Assembly (NCBI GenBank): GCA_017433415.1
Contig: JAFRHI010000023.1
Coordinates: 80,520 to 144,519 of the forward strand
DNA length: 64,000 nt
Direction: 5' to 3'
Source of the DNA: Bacilli bacterium
GTDB taxonomy: Bacteria; Bacillota_I; Bacilli_A; RF39; UBA660
Made by a program: the position numbers and the translations under genes. The notes below the pieces were generated by a model. It worked only from the letters and a program-made list of their open reading frames with translations, made no database searches and was not told the origin of the DNA. Positions 1 through 8,442 of the stretch are shown here, piece by piece (the stretch's first letter is position 1; each line of letters opens with the position of its first letter).

Positions 1-1
1 T

Positions 2-484
2 GATAGAATTCGTGGAGAAACACCATTAATTAATGAAAGTTTTGATTATTACATGGGACTTTTGGAATTTGCAATATGTTATTTAGGTGATGATGATTAT
101 TATGGTGTTGGTTATCTTCAACATAAACATTTTGATTATAATGAGTTAAATAATCCTTTGAATATTAAAGTAGATTTTTTAGAAAGAGATTTTGCAGAGT
201 ATTTAAAATATATATTTATAACTGGAGAATACAAAAATATTGATATGAAGGAATTAATATTAGAAAATAGATATAATTATAATTTTAATCTTGTAATTGC
301 TAGAATTATATATCCTAATTATTATTTTAATTTATTAGATGATATAATTGTTGGTTATGAAAATGAAAATATTTTATTTAATATTATAGAAAGAAATCAA
401 GAATTTGAAGCTTATTTAAAAAATATAATAGCTGAAATTTCATTAATTTATCCAATAAAAAAAATCCCATTTATGAGATTTTAA
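2..484 (+). CDS. 3' part of a gene entering from the left edge; possibly a CotS/YutH-like kinase-fold spore-coat protein (C-terminal fragment)
   Basis: The frame is open from nt 2 (DRIRGETPLINESFDYYMGLL...), so the Met at 53 is internal. Stop at 482-484. The family call is weak: it rests on composition and the neighbouring NifU-like gene (a Bacillus yutH/yutI-type neighbourhood). The fragment has no diagnostic motif. Confidence 0.3.
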   Translation, partial: DRIRGETPLINESFDYYMGLLEFAICYLGDDDYYGVGYLQHKHFDYNELNNPLNIKVDFLERDFAEYLKYIFITGEYKNIDMKELILENRYNYNFNLVIARIIYPNYYFNLLDDIIVGYENENILFNIIERNQEFEAYLKNIIAEISLIYPIKKIPFMRF

Positions 485-720
485 TCGATATTTCTTACTT
501 CTTTAACTTCTGGTATTTCATTAATAATCATTTCTTCTATGCCATCTTTTAGGGTTACATCTATCATAGGACAATCTTTACATGCTCCTGACATTCTGAC
601 ATAGACAATATTATCTTCATATTTTATAAATTCTAAGTTTCCACCATCACTTATTAAAAATGGTCTTATTTTATCTATAATAGCAATTATTTGTAATTCA
701 ATCTCATTCATTTCTATCAC
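481..720 (-). CDS. NifU-like (Nfu-type) Fe-S cluster carrier domain protein, 79 aa
   Basis: Single Nfu/NifU C-terminal domain with a CxxC pair in 'MSGACKDCPM' preceded by 'IRPFLISDGGNLEF'. It is convergent with the upstream gene and overlaps it by 4 nt. Confidence 0.8.
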   Translation of the reverse strand: MIEMNEIELQIIAIIDKIRPFLISDGGNLEFIKYEDNIVYVRMSGACKDCPMIDVTLKDGIEEMIINEIPEVKEVRNID

Positions 721-799
721 CGTAGTTAATTATATATTATTTTTCTGTTTAAGTAAACAGATTATTATTTTTGTGTTATAATTGTTATGCGGTGATTTT

Positions 800-1150
800 A
801 TGAATAATTATGATTTAAATAGTGTTGTTACAGGAAAAGTTTCAGGAATTGAGGATTATGGGATATTTTTATTGCTTGATGATGGTACTACAGGATTAAT
901 TCATATTTCAGAAATATCTGATTCTTATGTTAGAGAAGTTGGAGATTATGCTAAATTGGGTCAAAAAATAACAGCTAAAGTAATTGGTTTTGATGAAACC
1001 CATCAAAAATTAAAGCTAAGTTTGAAAATGTTGACTAATGAAGAAAAAGGTGCGAAAAAGATTAAAGAGACACCTAGTGGCTTTTCTAATCTTGGAAAAA
1101 GCTTGGAAAAATGGATAAAAGCATTAGAAGAACAAAGTGTTGAAAAATGA
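800..1150 (+). CDS. S1 RNA-binding domain protein (YugI / general stress protein 13-like)
   Basis: S1 fold signature 'VVTGKVSGIEDYGIFLLLDDGTTGLIHISEISDSYV...GQKITAKVIGFD'. I prefer the ATG at 800 (GGTGA 5-9 nt upstream) over the track's TTG at 782. An extended -10 TGTGTTATAAT lies at about 770-780. Confidence 0.75.
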   Translation: MNNYDLNSVVTGKVSGIEDYGIFLLLDDGTTGLIHISEISDSYVREVGDYAKLGQKITAKVIGFDETHQKLKLSLKMLTNEEKGAKKIKETPSGFSNLGKSLEKWIKALEEQSVEK

Positions 1151-1168
1151 AAAAAATACTAATATTAG

Positions 1169-1197
1169 TTGACAAATCACAAAGAAATTGGTATATT
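1169..1197 (+). promoter_or_regulatory. Sigma-A type promoter of the tRNA operon
   Basis: TTGACA (1169-1174), a 17-nt spacer, then TATATT (1192-1197), about 24 nt upstream of the first tRNA. Confidence 0.7.
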
Positions 1198-1220
1198 TAT
1201 AACTGTCAACTGATTTATTT

Positions 1221-1297
1221 GGGCGATTAGCTCAGTTGGTTAGAGCACCTGCCTTACAAGCAGGGGGTCACAGGTTCGAGTCCTATATCGCCCACCA
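1221..1297 (+). tRNA. tRNA-Val (anticodon UAC)
   Basis: Cloverleaf GGGCGAT/ATCGCCC acceptor, anticodon loop CTTACAA, TPsiC GGTTCGAGTCC, encoded CCA. Confidence 0.9.
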
Positions 1298-1300
1298 GAT

Positions 1301-1376
<76 letters not shown>

Positions 1377-1383
1377 TTTTTTT

Positions 1384-1468
1384 GGAGAGGTAGCGAAGAG
1401 GCTAAACGCGACAGACTGTAAATCTGTTCTCATCGAGTTCGATGGTTCGAATCCATCTCTCTCCACCA
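1384..1468 (+). tRNA. tRNA-Tyr (anticodon GUA), long variable arm
   Basis: Acceptor GGAGAGG/TCTCTCC, anticodon loop CTGTAAA, long extra arm (TCTCATCGAGTTC), encoded CCA. Confidence 0.9.
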
Positions 1469-1478
1469 CTTTTGATTT

Positions 1479-1553
1479 TGCCTCGTAGCCAAGTGGTAAG
1501 GCATCAGACTTTGACTCTGACATGCGTTAGTTCGAATCTAACCGAGGCAGCCA
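1479..1553 (+). tRNA. tRNA-Gln (anticodon UUG)
   Basis: U1:A72 acceptor TGCCTCG/CGAGGCA with G73, anticodon loop CTTTGAC, encoded CCA. Confidence 0.88.
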
Positions 1554-1563
1554 ATTAAGAATT

Positions 1564-1639
1564 GATCTGTTAGCTCAGTAGGTAGAGCATTTGACTTTTA
1601 ATCAAAGGGTCATGAGTTCGAATCTCATACAGGTCACCA
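1564..1639 (+). tRNA. tRNA-Lys (anticodon UUU)
   Basis: Acceptor GATCTGT/ACAGGTC, anticodon loop CTTTTAA, encoded CCA. Confidence 0.9.
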
Positions 1640-1646
1640 TTTATGT

Positions 1647-1735
1647 GCCTGAGTGGCGGAATTGGTAGACGCACAGGACTTAAAATCCTGCGAGAATCAA
1701 CCCTCGTGCCGGTTCAAGTCCGGCCTTAGGCACCA
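1647..1735 (+). tRNA. tRNA-Leu (anticodon UAA), long variable arm
   Basis: Acceptor GCCTGAG/CTTAGGC, anticodon loop CTTAAAA, long extra arm, encoded CCA. Confidence 0.9.
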
Positions 1736-1772
1736 TCAAAAATTTACTCACTTTATTAAAAAGTGAGTTCAC

Positions 1773-1865
1773 GGAGGAATACCCAAGTCTGGTTGAAGGG
1801 ACCGGTCTTGAAAACCGGGAGGTCGTGCAAGCGGCGCAGGGGTTCGAATCCCTTTTCCTCCGCCA
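1773..1865 (+). tRNA. tRNA-Ser (anticodon UGA), long variable arm
   Basis: Acceptor GGAGGAA/TTCCTCC with G73, anticodon loop CTTGAAA, long extra arm, encoded CCA. Confidence 0.9.
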
Positions 1866-1872
1866 TTTACAT

Positions 1873-1949
1873 CGCGGGATGGAGCAGTTTGGTAGCTCGT
1901 TGGGCTCATAACCCGAAGGTCAGAGGTTCGAATCCTCTTCCCGCAACCA
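1873..1949 (+). tRNA. Initiator tRNA-fMet (anticodon CAU)
   Basis: C1 is unpaired with A72 (CGCGGGA...TCCCGCA). Three consecutive G-C pairs close the anticodon stem (GGG/CCC) around loop CTCATAA. Both are initiator hallmarks. CCA is encoded. Confidence 0.88.
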
Positions 1950-1951
1950 TT

Positions 1952-2028
1952 GGTTCCTTGGTGCAGCTGGTTAACACGTCTGCCTGTCACGCAGAAGATC
2001 GCGGGTTCGAGTCCCGTAGGAACCGCCA
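1952..2028 (+). tRNA. tRNA-Asp (anticodon GUC)
   Basis: Acceptor GGTTCCT/AGGAACC with G73, anticodon loop CTGTCAC, encoded CCA. Confidence 0.9.
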
Positions 2029-2031
2029 TTT

Positions 2032-2107
2032 GGCTTCATAGCTCAGTCGGTAGAGCAAGGGACTGAAAATCCCTGTGTCGCTGGTTCGATTCCCGCTGGA
2101 GCCACCA
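2032..2107 (+). tRNA. tRNA-Phe (anticodon GAA)
   Basis: Acceptor GGCTTCA/TGGAGCC with A73, anticodon loop CTGAAAA, encoded CCA. A73 matches the UGGU bulge of the pheST T-box at 34328-34331. Confidence 0.9.
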
Positions 2108-2150
2108 TTTTTATTGATAAACAATTATGTGTAGCTGAACAACATGACTT

Positions 2151-2227
2151 GCGCTCGTAGCTCAGTTGGATAGAGTGTTTGGCTACGAACCAAAAGGTCA
2201 GGGGTTCGAATCCCTTCGAGCGCACCA
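2151..2227 (+). tRNA. tRNA-Arg (anticodon ACG)
   Basis: Acceptor GCGCTCG/CGAGCGC, anticodon loop CTACGAA, encoded CCA. Confidence 0.9.
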
Positions 2228-2232
2228 TAGAT

Positions 2233-2309
2233 CGGGAAGTGGCTCAACTTGGTAGAGCATTTGGTTTGGGACCAAGGGGTTGCAGGTTCAAATCCTGTCT
2301 TCCCGACCA
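2233..2309 (+). tRNA. tRNA-Pro (anticodon UGG)
   Basis: Acceptor CGGGAAG/CTTCCCG, anticodon loop TTTGGGA, encoded CCA. Confidence 0.88.
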
Positions 2310-2320
2310 TTTTGATTATG

Positions 2321-2344
2321 AACCTTGTCTTCAAGGTTTTTTTG
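2321..2344 (+). terminator. Rho-independent terminator of the tRNA operon
   Basis: AACCTTG-TCTT-CAAGGTT followed by TTTTTT. Confidence 0.8.
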
Positions 2345-2349
2345 TTCTT

Positions 2350-3030
2350 ATGAAGGTGATATTAGTGCTTGAAGATAGTTTATTTAAAAATTATTATCCA
2401 TATTATAATAAACTATTAGAATATGGATTTAAAAAAAAGGGAGTATATTATTTATTTGAAAAAAAAATAAACGATTTATTCATAGTAGAAATTAAAGTAG
2501 ATAGTAATTTTAAAGTTAAAGGAAAAATATTTGATATGGATACAGAAGAAGAGTATACTAATTTTCGAGTTGAAGATAGTTTAGGTACTTTTTCTGGAAC
2601 AATAAGACAAAATTTTATTGATCTGTTAATTGACATTCGAAATAATTGTTTTTATAAAAAGACATTTTTAAGTGAACAAGCAAATAGAATAAGTCTATTG
2701 ATTAAGAAAAAATATGGTGATAGTCCTATTTTTAAGTGGGATAAATATCCAACTCTTGGTGTTTTTCAAAATAAAGATACTAATAAATGGTATGCATTAG
2801 TTATGGATATTGCGGGTGAAAAATTTAATCTCAATATTGGAAATGTTACTGCGATGAATGTTAAATTGGATGTTAATGAGATACCAAGTCTTTTAAAAAA
2901 GAAAGGATTTTATCCGGCATATCATATGAATAAAAAATATTGGATATCTGTTTTATTAGATGATTCTATTTCTGATGAAGTAATTATGGAATTAATTGAT
3001 GAAAGTTATCAATTTTCAAAAAAAAAATAA
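2350..3030 (+). CDS. MmcQ/YjbR-family (predicted DNA-binding) protein with an N-terminal extension
   Basis: The C-terminal half matches the YjbR pattern ('KWYALVMDI...MNVKLD...GFYPAYHMNKKYWISVLLDD...VIMELIDESY'). The track ORF start (2179) lies inside tRNA-Arg/Pro and before the terminator, so the start must be the ATG at 2350 or the GTG at 2365 (AAGGTGA at 2353-2359). Confidence 0.65.
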   Translation: MKVILVLEDSLFKNYYPYYNKLLEYGFKKKGVYYLFEKKINDLFIVEIKVDSNFKVKGKIFDMDTEEEYTNFRVEDSLGTFSGTIRQNFIDLLIDIRNNCFYKKTFLSEQANRISLLIKKKYGDSPIFKWDKYPTLGVFQNKDTNKWYALVMDIAGEKFNLNIGNVTAMNVKLDVNEIPSLLKKKGFYPAYHMNKKYWISVLLDDSISDEVIMELIDESYQFSKKK

Positions 3031-3054
3031 ATAAAATATATTCAGGAGGGTTTT

Positions 3055-3972
3055 ATGGATTTTAAAAAGCTAAAAGAAAAATTAATGGCAAAGAGACCAT
3101 TATTCGCATTAGAGTATGATGGTAGTGAGATTGCTAAAATGATGCCAGAATTTGGTATAAGTATGGGATTTAATCAGTATTCTACAAGAGAAGTAGATGA
3201 TATTTATACCCATACATTGAAAGTGGTGGATAATACTTGTCCAGATTTAAGGGTTAGAATAGCAGCTTTATTTCATGATGTTGGTAAAATTAATTGTCTT
3301 ACAGTCGATGGACATGGCGAATGTCATTTTTATGGGCATTCATTAGAATCGGATTATATATTTATGAAGTATAAAGATAAATTTGATTTAAGTAATGAAG
3401 ATATAATTTTAATTCAAAAGCTTATTCATTTTCATGATACAGAGATTAATGAACGTAGTATTAAGCAATTTTTAAATTATTTTACTGCTGAAGAGATAGA
3501 ATTACTTTATTCTTTAAAATTAGCTAATATTTTAACTTTAAGTGGAGAATTTAGGGATAAAAGAAGACAGGAATTAGAAGATGAACTTAAATTTTTCGAG
3601 TCTAGTCTTTATGTAAAGGAACAAGAAGATTTATTGATTGATGCAGATAGTGATAATGATAAATACTCATATATTGATTTATATGATGAGAATATTTTAC
3701 TTTTAGCTTTATGGTTAAATGATAATCCTACTGTTTCAGCATATAAAGCAAAATTTAATTTTGATGATTGTATAGATTTTATGTTTGATAATTCATTTAT
3801 TTTAGGGATTGATACTCCAAAAGGCATGATTACTTATAAGATTAAACTTGATTATTGGGAGATGTTCAATGTTCAAGAAATTCCTTATTCGCATGTTTAT
3901 AATAAAGATAGGCCTGCTGTAGTTAGAGAAAAATTGGAGTCAGTTCTTTATAAAGGATATACAAAAAAATAG
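3055..3972 (+). CDS. HD-domain phosphohydrolase resembling the HD half of CCA-adding/tRNA nucleotidyltransferase proteins, without a nucleotidyltransferase head
   Basis: 'IYTHTLKVVD...RIAALFHDVGK...HFYGHSLES...IHFHD' gives the H..HD..H/D metal-ligand pattern. RBS AGGAGGG lies at 3044-3050. The C-terminal 120 aa are unassigned. Confidence 0.6.
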   Translation: MDFKKLKEKLMAKRPLFALEYDGSEIAKMMPEFGISMGFNQYSTREVDDIYTHTLKVVDNTCPDLRVRIAALFHDVGKINCLTVDGHGECHFYGHSLESDYIFMKYKDKFDLSNEDIILIQKLIHFHDTEINERSIKQFLNYFTAEEIELLYSLKLANILTLSGEFRDKRRQELEDELKFFESSLYVKEQEDLLIDADSDNDKYSYIDLYDENILLLALWLNDNPTVSAYKAKFNFDDCIDFMFDNSFILGIDTPKGMITYKIKLDYWEMFNVQEIPYSHVYNKDRPAVVREKLESVLYKGYTKK

Positions 3973-3998
3973 AGATTCAATTATGAATCTCTTTTTTT
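3971..3998. terminator. Bidirectional terminator between the HD gene and proS
   Basis: AGAGATTC-AATTAT-GAATCTCT flanked by an A-run (left) and a T-run (right). Confidence 0.7.
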
Positions 3999-5430
3999 AA
4001 TATTGAATTCCCCAAATAACATGATGTTTTGCTTCTTTTCCACAACAAACGCATTTATCATCAATGGCTTTTTCTTCAACGATACATCTTGATTTACAGC
4101 CTTTAATCTCTTTTATCTTATCTTCACATTCTTTATTTCCACACCACATCGCATGAATAAAACCAGGTTGAGTATTCAAAATGTTTTTCATATCTTCCAT
4201 ATTGTGAGCTTCAAAAGTTAAAGATTTTTGTCTTTCTAGTGCTTTTTTATACATATCATTTTGAATAGTGTCTAATAGTTTAGTTACTTCTTCAGTTATA
4301 TTAATATCTTTTACAAATTCTAATTTTTCTAGAGTATCTCTTCTAGTCATAGTAATAAGGCCTTTTTCTAAATCCCTTTTACCAACTTCTATTCGAAGAG
4401 GAATTCCATTTACTTCAGCTTCAGCAAATTTAAAGCCCGGACTTTTATCTGTTTCATCGATATAAGTAGTTATTCCTGCGTTATTTAGTTCTTTTTTATA
4501 TTTTTTACATAAATTGTTTACTTCTTCACTTTCACCAATTGGGATAATTACAATTTGTTTAGGGGCAATCTTTGGTGGTAGTACTAAACCTCTATCATCA
4601 GCATGAACCATGATAATTGCGGCGATAGCTCGAGTGGTTTTTCCCCAAGTTGTGTAATAAGCATATTCTTCTTTATTATCTTTATTTGTAAATTTTACAT
4701 CATAAGCCTTGGAAAACTTTTGACCAAAGTAGTGGGATGTACCATCTTGAAGGCAAACACCATTGTACATTAAATCTTCATTTGTTAGGGTAAATTCTGC
4801 ACCGGCAAATTTTTCTTTTTCGGTTTTCTTTCCAGTAATTGATGGGATAGCAAGATAGTCATGATTAAATGAGCGATAAACTTCCATCATCTGTTCAGTC
4901 TCTTTGATTGCTTCTTCTGCTGTTGCGTGAACAGTGTGACCTTCTTGCCACAAAAATTCTCTACTTCTCAAAAATGGTCTTGTTTCCTTTTCATAACGAA
5001 AAACATTACACCATTGATTATATAATTTTGGTAAATCTTTATATGAAGAAATATGTTTTTTATAATAGTCACAGAAAAGTGTTTCAGATGTTGAACGAAT
5101 AGCAAAACGTTCATCAAATTTTTTATCTCCGACTTCTGTAACCCAGATTAATTCTGGAGCAAAACCTTCAATAAGTTCTTTTTCTTTATTGAATAAACTT
5201 TCTGGTATTAAGAGTGGTAATTGAACATTAACATGACCTAATTCTTTAAATTTTTGATCCATAATTGATTGGATTTTTTCCCATAGTGCGTAACCATTTG
5301 GTTCAATGGCAATACACCCTTTTACAGAAGTATAGTCAGCAAGTTTTGCTTCTCTTACGACATCAGTATACCATTTAGCAAAATCAACATCACGAGATGT
5401 TATTTTTTCAACAAATTTTTTATCACCCAT
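3997..5430 (-). CDS. proS: Proline--tRNA ligase, archaeal/eukaryote-like type with a C-terminal Cys-rich domain
   Basis: 477 aa. The N-terminus 'DFAKWYTDVVREAKLADYTSVKGCIAIEPNGYALWEKIQ' and class II motifs ('FRYEKETRPFLRSREFLWQEGHT') fit ProRS. It lacks the bacterial INS editing insertion. The tail is 'CGNKECEDKIKEIKGCKSRC...CVCCGKEAKHHVIWGIQY'. Confidence 0.9.
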   Translation of the reverse strand: MGDKKFVEKITSRDVDFAKWYTDVVREAKLADYTSVKGCIAIEPNGYALWEKIQSIMDQKFKELGHVNVQLPLLIPESLFNKEKELIEGFAPELIWVTEVGDKKFDERFAIRSTSETLFCDYYKKHISSYKDLPKLYNQWCNVFRYEKETRPFLRSREFLWQEGHTVHATAEEAIKETEQMMEVYRSFNHDYLAIPSITGKKTEKEKFAGAEFTLTNEDLMYNGVCLQDGTSHYFGQKFSKAYDVKFTNKDNKEEYAYYTTWGKTTRAIAAIIMVHADDRGLVLPPKIAPKQIVIIPIGESEEVNNLCKKYKKELNNAGITTYIDETDKSPGFKFAEAEVNGIPLRIEVGKRDLEKGLITMTRRDTLEKLEFVKDINITEEVTKLLDTIQNDMYKKALERQKSLTFEAHNMEDMKNILNTQPGFIHAMWCGNKECEDKIKEIKGCKSRCIVEEKAIDDKCVCCGKEAKHHVIWGIQY

Positions 5431-5550
5431 AGTATTCCTTCTTTCTAATTACTAATTTTATCATAAAGTTGATAGTAAAGTAAATGATATTACTTTTTAT
5501 TTGCTTTTACTTTTTTTAAACGTTTGATATAATTAAGGTGGTGATAGTCT

Positions 5551-6531
5551 ATGAATAAGGAAAGAATTATTAGATACGTTGAAATTGTTAATCAAATGGA
5601 AAGGGCAATTGATAAAGGAGAAAACTATAAATTGTCCGATGATGAAAAGTCTTTTATTAGGGAGATGCAGGGAGAAATTGCGAATGATGAAGAGTTAAGA
5701 AAACAGCTTGAAAAAATATTTGCATTATCTCCAGAAGAAAGGCTTGAATATATAAATAAAAATAATGATAATGATGAAAAAATAGAAGAAACAGATAGTG
5801 TAGAAGAAGCTATTGCGAAGACTTTTGATATTGATGTTACTTCTATAAATCACCATTTCTTACAAAATGGTAATGAAATATTTTCTTTTTATTCTAACTT
5901 ATTAGGTAGGAATGTTGTTCTTGAAAGTACAAGTGAAGGAAAATCATTGATTGATGTTTTAAAAGAATTACAGGATGGTTTGGAAAATGCTGAAGAGAAT
6001 AATAAAGGAGAAGACATTTTACTTGATGAAAGTAAGAGAAAAAATATAGAAGTTAAAATGTATACAAAAGAAGAAATTGTTTCTAATCCTGTTGTATTTG
6101 ATTTTTTAGATGAAGATGATGAAATAAAACTAAATTATTTATTAGATAATTATGATTCTTTACAAATTGAAGGCATTGATACTGTTAATATGATTTTTAT
6201 TGATAAGAGTGGAAAAATAAAAGAAGCAACTCTTACTAAAGATAAAGAAGTAGTAATTGCTGAACCTTTATCTGAAAGTAGTTCTAGTTCATATGAACAA
6301 GATAGTAGTAATAAATCAAAGGAAGAAACTTCAGAGTTAGATAGCATGTTTAGTAATGATGAAGAAAATATTACTTATGAAGATGAAAAGCTTGAAGAAA
6401 TAAGAAAAGATAAAGAAAAGGCCAAAGTGCTTGTCTACCAAAATGAAGATGGTTTCATAAATGATGTATTCTATGTTTTCTTAGCTGTATTAGCACTTGT
6501 ATTAACTACTTTCTTTATTGTTTCTTTATAA
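5551..6531 (+). CDS. Hypothetical acidic coiled-coil-like protein with a single C-terminal TM anchor
   Basis: 326 aa, D/E/K-rich. The last 25 aa, 'VFYVFLAVLALVLTTFFIVSL', are hydrophobic. An extended -10 TGATATAAT lies about 20 nt upstream and the RBS is AAGGTGGTGA. Confidence 0.6.
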   Translation: MNKERIIRYVEIVNQMERAIDKGENYKLSDDEKSFIREMQGEIANDEELRKQLEKIFALSPEERLEYINKNNDNDEKIEETDSVEEAIAKTFDIDVTSINHHFLQNGNEIFSFYSNLLGRNVVLESTSEGKSLIDVLKELQDGLENAEENNKGEDILLDESKRKNIEVKMYTKEEIVSNPVVFDFLDEDDEIKLNYLLDNYDSLQIEGIDTVNMIFIDKSGKIKEATLTKDKEVVIAEPLSESSSSSYEQDSSNKSKEETSELDSMFSNDEENITYEDEKLEEIRKDKEKAKVLVYQNEDGFINDVFYVFLAVLALVLTTFFIVSL

Positions 6532-6557
6532 TATAAAAAATTATTGGGGGGATTGTT

Positions 6558-6965
6558 TTGGATGATGGATTAAGTGGCTTTGCTTTAAATGAGTCCGATA
6601 TTGATGGTGGATATGAGGAATGGTGTGCTTTTAATTATTGTTTGGCTACCGAGTATTATTGGGCGATAAAAGATGAAGCCTTTGATGAAATAGGGCATAT
6701 TGATGACGATACTCTTAGATTAATAAGTTATTGGTTAGACTATAATGGCTCTAATCAAGATATTATTGATGAAGTATTAAATATTCCTGATGGACGGATA
6801 ATAACGTATAATGGACGAACTTTTGCGGAAGCAGTTATTGCTGAAAAAAAAGGATATTTAGCTCTCCCTTTGATTGCTAATGGGAATCATGATCAGAGAT
6901 TATATGAATTAAATAATCAGTATTTAGAAGATTTAGAAAAGGGTAAGGTTATGATAAAAGTATAG
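6558..6965 (+). CDS. Hypothetical small acidic cytoplasmic protein (TTG start)
   Basis: 135-aa ORF preceded by GGGGGGA (6546-6552). There is no in-frame ATG near the 5' end. No recognisable motif. Confidence 0.5.
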   Translation: MDDGLSGFALNESDIDGGYEEWCAFNYCLATEYYWAIKDEAFDEIGHIDDDTLRLISYWLDYNGSNQDIIDEVLNIPDGRIITYNGRTFAEAVIAEKKGYLALPLIANGNHDQRLYELNNQYLEDLEKGKVMIKV

Positions 6966-6979
6966 TTTTGGAGGTTTAT

Positions 6980-8440
6980 ATGAGTAAGAAGCAAAAATGG
7001 GTTGTGAGTGTATTAGTTATTTTAAATTTGATTAATATCTTGATATTATTTTGGCCGGAATCTAAAAAAGATTATTCTCTTTCTATTAAAAATTTTGGAG
7101 CAGTTATTATAAATAAGAAGAGGTATCTTATAAAACCTAAAATTAAAGTAGGAAAACTTGATAATAAAAAAATAATATGGGAATCTAGTAATCCTAGTGT
7201 GATTGATGTCTCTCCTTGTAATCATACCAAATATTGTAATATTATTCCTATTAGTGTTGGAGAAACAAAAATTACTATTAGTTATAAAGATGAAAAAAAG
7301 AAAATAGATGTAAGTGATTCAATTTATATTAAAGTTTTAGAACAAGAAAAAATAAATTTTTATAAAACTGAAAATAATTTGTTCTTATATGCTGCTAAGG
7401 AATCAAATGATATTTATTCTGAAGATCCTACATATAAAAAGAAAATCACATCATATACTTGTGAGAATGTTGAGTGTGATATGGTAACAGGTAAATGGAC
7501 TGCTTTTATCAAAGATGGTGATAAGTATTTAGTAGCTAAATCTGTTAATGTATATAGCTCTACTTCTAATGAGATTTCTGCTGATATGAATATATCTGAT
7601 TGTAAAAACTCTTTTTGCTCAGCTAATTGTGAAAGTTTTAAATTTGATGAAATAGAAACAGTTATTGATAATTATCAAGGAATAGAAGCCTTACTTCTTG
7701 CTGGGACTAATTCAAAATATTCGGGTGTTTATTCTGCTGTTGGAATTAAGAAGATTGATTTTGATGAATATCAAGATATTAGTACGTTAACTCCAGAATA
7801 TAAAATCCTGATATCTAGTAAAGGTATGACATATTTATATAATTATTTGGATGGTAATATATTAAAAATAAATTATTCTGCAAAAACTATGAAAGGGACA
7901 TTTTTAGGTAATGATCGATACTATTATTTATCTTCTGATACAGATAGTAGAAAAAAATGTATCATTTTAGATGCTAACTATAATAGTTTATTTAATAGTA
8001 AGAGATTCGATTATGCATATCTCTATGATAATAAATTATTTACTTATGAAGATGCTCAAAATGGTAAAAAACCACATATTTATGATTTGACTGGAAATGA
8101 AATTGCTGATTATTTTTCTCCTGATTTTGAATTGTTTACGTATTTGGATAATTATGCTGTTGGTAGAAAAAATAATAAGTTAACTGTTATTAAATTAGAT
8201 AGTAGTGATATTTCTGATTCTTCTTTGGATATTTCTGGATATAAATTTGTTAAATTGTTAGATCGTAAAGAAAAAGATGAATTAGGTAAAGAAATAAATG
8301 TTGATTTTTTAGCTGATAATGAATTTATATTTAAATTTACTAAGGATAAAAAAGAAATATATGTAGATATATCTATTGTATATGGTACTGGATTACCAAA
8401 AATAGAAGCAAAAATTCTCTTGGAAAAGGAGAGTGATTAA
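6980..8440 (+). CDS. Membrane-anchored extracellular protein with a Big_2-like Ig domain and WG-like beta-propeller-type repeats
   Basis: N-terminal TM 'WVVSVLVILNLINILILFW'. 'IIWESSNPSVIDVSP...ISVGETKITISY' resembles bacterial Ig-like group 2. Later repeats follow the pattern '...Y.Y..G..L...Y'. The ATG at 6980 follows GGAGG (6970-6974). Confidence 0.55.
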   Translation: MSKKQKWVVSVLVILNLINILILFWPESKKDYSLSIKNFGAVIINKKRYLIKPKIKVGKLDNKKIIWESSNPSVIDVSPCNHTKYCNIIPISVGETKITISYKDEKKKIDVSDSIYIKVLEQEKINFYKTENNLFLYAAKESNDIYSEDPTYKKKITSYTCENVECDMVTGKWTAFIKDGDKYLVAKSVNVYSSTSNEISADMNISDCKNSFCSANCESFKFDEIETVIDNYQGIEALLLAGTNSKYSGVYSAVGIKKIDFDEYQDISTLTPEYKILISSKGMTYLYNYLDGNILKINYSAKTMKGTFLGNDRYYYLSSDTDSRKKCIILDANYNSLFNSKRFDYAYLYDNKLFTYEDAQNGKKPHIYDLTGNEIADYFSPDFELFTYLDNYAVGRKNNKLTVIKLDSSDISDSSLDISGYKFVKLLDRKEKDELGKEINVDFLADNEFIFKFTKDKKEIYVDISIVYGTGLPKIEAKILLEKESD

Positions 8441-8442
8441 TA

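Noticed and set aside
1746-1768. Hairpin ACTCACTTT-ATTAA-AAAGTGAGT between tRNA-Leu and tRNA-Ser, considered as an internal terminator
   Set aside because: No U-tract follows it, and six more tRNAs lie downstream before the real terminator at 2321-2344. It is more likely a processing or spacer structure.
5431-5550. Possible T-box or other riboswitch upstream of proS
   Set aside because: Only 120 nt are available, shared with a divergent promoter. There is no GGUGGNACCGCG-like sequence on the minus strand.
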